Below are positions 62,388 to 64,000 of a stretch of DNA of 64,000 nucleotides, one piece after another. The notes under the pieces are model-generated. The model was given only the letters and a program-made list of their open reading frames with translations. It was not told the origin of the DNA and did not search any database. The translations under genes were made by a program, and so were the position numbers. Source of the stretch: Eledone cirrhosa (Eukaryota); assembly GCA_964016885.1 (NCBI GenBank), contig OZ024742.1:262322001-262386000 (forward strand), in the 5' to 3' direction. The number at the start of each line of letters is the position of its first letter. The first letter of the stretch is position 1.

Positions 62388-62993
62388 TCAGGTCACCAGC
62401 TGGTGCTACTGGTAACATATATCCCAGTACAACCTGTCTTATGGTCGGGTCGTTGGCGACTAAACTGGCAACCCCACCAAGGTTTCTTGGTGAGGAGGGT
62501 GACTTTGGACATCCTGCAGGACTAAAAACAAAACCTGTCAAAGGCCAAAGGAGCTCTTAAGAGTCAATGGCCATCCAAAATCACCGGGAGAGATGACCCC
62601 TTAGCCTTTGTCAAAGCAGAATTCTAGGAGAAGGAAAACTCTGATATAACACCTGCAACCCTGATGCTATCCAATGATGTTGACTTATTCTTTTTGGTAA
62701 ATATCATCTTGGTTAAGAGAGTGGGACTGGATTTGTGCAGTGCCTTTGTTCACTATAAAAGCTTCACGGCACAGGTATTGCTTTATATCTGGAGATCTCT
62801 CTGCACTTGTCGTTACATGGTACCATGGGCCCAGCACTATGTGTCAATAATTGTCACAAGTGTAGTGTTTGTACCAGAGTTTTCAAGTCGCTGGCTGGAC
62901 TAAAAAGTCACACTTGTTCAGTGCATCGGTAGGGGTTCTCCTACATGGATATAAAGTAGTGGCCGTACTCGAAAACGAGTTGGCAGCCACCAT
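62388..62993 (+). mobile_element. RTE-derived non-coding element, longest copy
   Basis: Contains TCTAGGAGAAGGAAAACTC (RTE 5'UTR-like) and the CTCG-AAAA-CGAG tail. Confidence 0.75.
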
Positions 62994-63096
62994 GTATACA
63001 TTGATTAATAAACAAAATCAAACAACCTCTATAAAATACTAAGAGGACAAATTTCATCAGACCACAATAGCCCTCAATATCTGGTTTCAGTTACAC

Positions 63097-63127
<31 letters not shown>

Positions 63128-63221
63128 TACACACACACACACACCCAAGTACATACATATATACGTTCATAGTACATATGTCCGTATGTATCTCCGCTTT
63201 TGTAGTCTTTCTCTATATGTC

Positions 63222-63283
<62 letters not shown>

Positions 63284-63639
63284 AAATCACAAACCACACT
63301 ATTTCCAAGTGAAACAATATATACTGTACATACAATCATTTGTATTGTTTTGAGAAACTGAACACGGCCTTAGAAAGCTGATTATAGAATAGATTATATA
63401 GATAAAGACTGAATGATACGAAGGAAATGAATGGAATGAATGAATTGCAACATTGACGGGAAGAAAGCAAGAAAGAAATGTAAAAGAATGATTGAATGAA
63501 TCGCTTTTGACAATCAGTTTTCCAGTTGTTCGATCAACGACCCCAGCCTGCTCGTCAAACTAGTGTGTAAGTGGCTGAGCATTCTACAGACACATGTCCA
63601 TTTCACATAGTTCTTAAATTGGTTTCCCTTCACAATTGG

Positions 63640-64000
63640 GGCCGGCTGGCCTCGACCGTGGCGATGGCAAGCGGATTAAATCTCTTCCCTTTCGAGGGGA
63701 ACAAATCCCTAATTTGGGACGCAACGTGCAGCGACTCGTTCTCCGCCTGCAGCCTTGTCGTTTCGGCCACAAACCCGGGCTCCGCTGTCCGCAATGCGGA
63801 GGAGTGGAAGATAGTTAAATATCGGGGTCTGAACGACCGCTTCCTCTTTGTACCGGTCTTAGTCGAGCTCTGGTGCCCTTGGTTCCCGCACTGCTGAATT
63901 CTTTCATAAAATCGGAAAGATGGTAGCCTGCTTGAAGAGGGAGCCCCGTGACGTGGAGTGGTTGTTGCAGCGGGTGTCTCTGGTCGTTCACCGCAGTAAC
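63640..64000 (+). mobile_element. CRE-like non-LTR element, restriction-like endonuclease fragment
   Basis: LDRGDGKR / FPFEGNKSLIWDATCSD...AEEWKIVKYRGL...FVPVLVE, frameshifted. Confidence 0.7.

Overview
Eukaryotic, very AT-rich repeat DNA, most likely from an octopus or related cephalopod, judged from the SINE families and the huge (TA)n/(TACA)n tracts. No intact host gene is visible. Nearly all poly-IY/YI ORFs in the track are microsatellite artefacts. The window is a (TA)n 'landing field' for retroelements: RTE-clade LINEs (two families plus non-autonomous derivatives), CR1/L2-group, Tx1/L1-like, R4/Dong-like and CRE-like fragments, tRNA-derived SINEs, a solo LTR, and an intronless threonine-dehydrogenase retrocopy lacking its catalytic segment. 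The most notable content is a cluster of Penelope-like elements (PLEs; RT + GIY-YIG) and short non-coding relatives. They share one architecture: a fold-back (inverted 5' arm), a longer arm with a fixed tail, TA tracts on both sides, and a type-I hammerhead ribozyme near the 3' end. About a dozen hammerhead motifs from 6-7 unrelated families were read by eye, several with unusual cores. A 5.5-kb head-to-head PLE palindrome (28872-34386) has open RT-EN frames on both arms, and a collapsed miniature of the same two-PLE arrangement lies at 46271-47045. All folds and alignments were done by eye and need computational confirmation.
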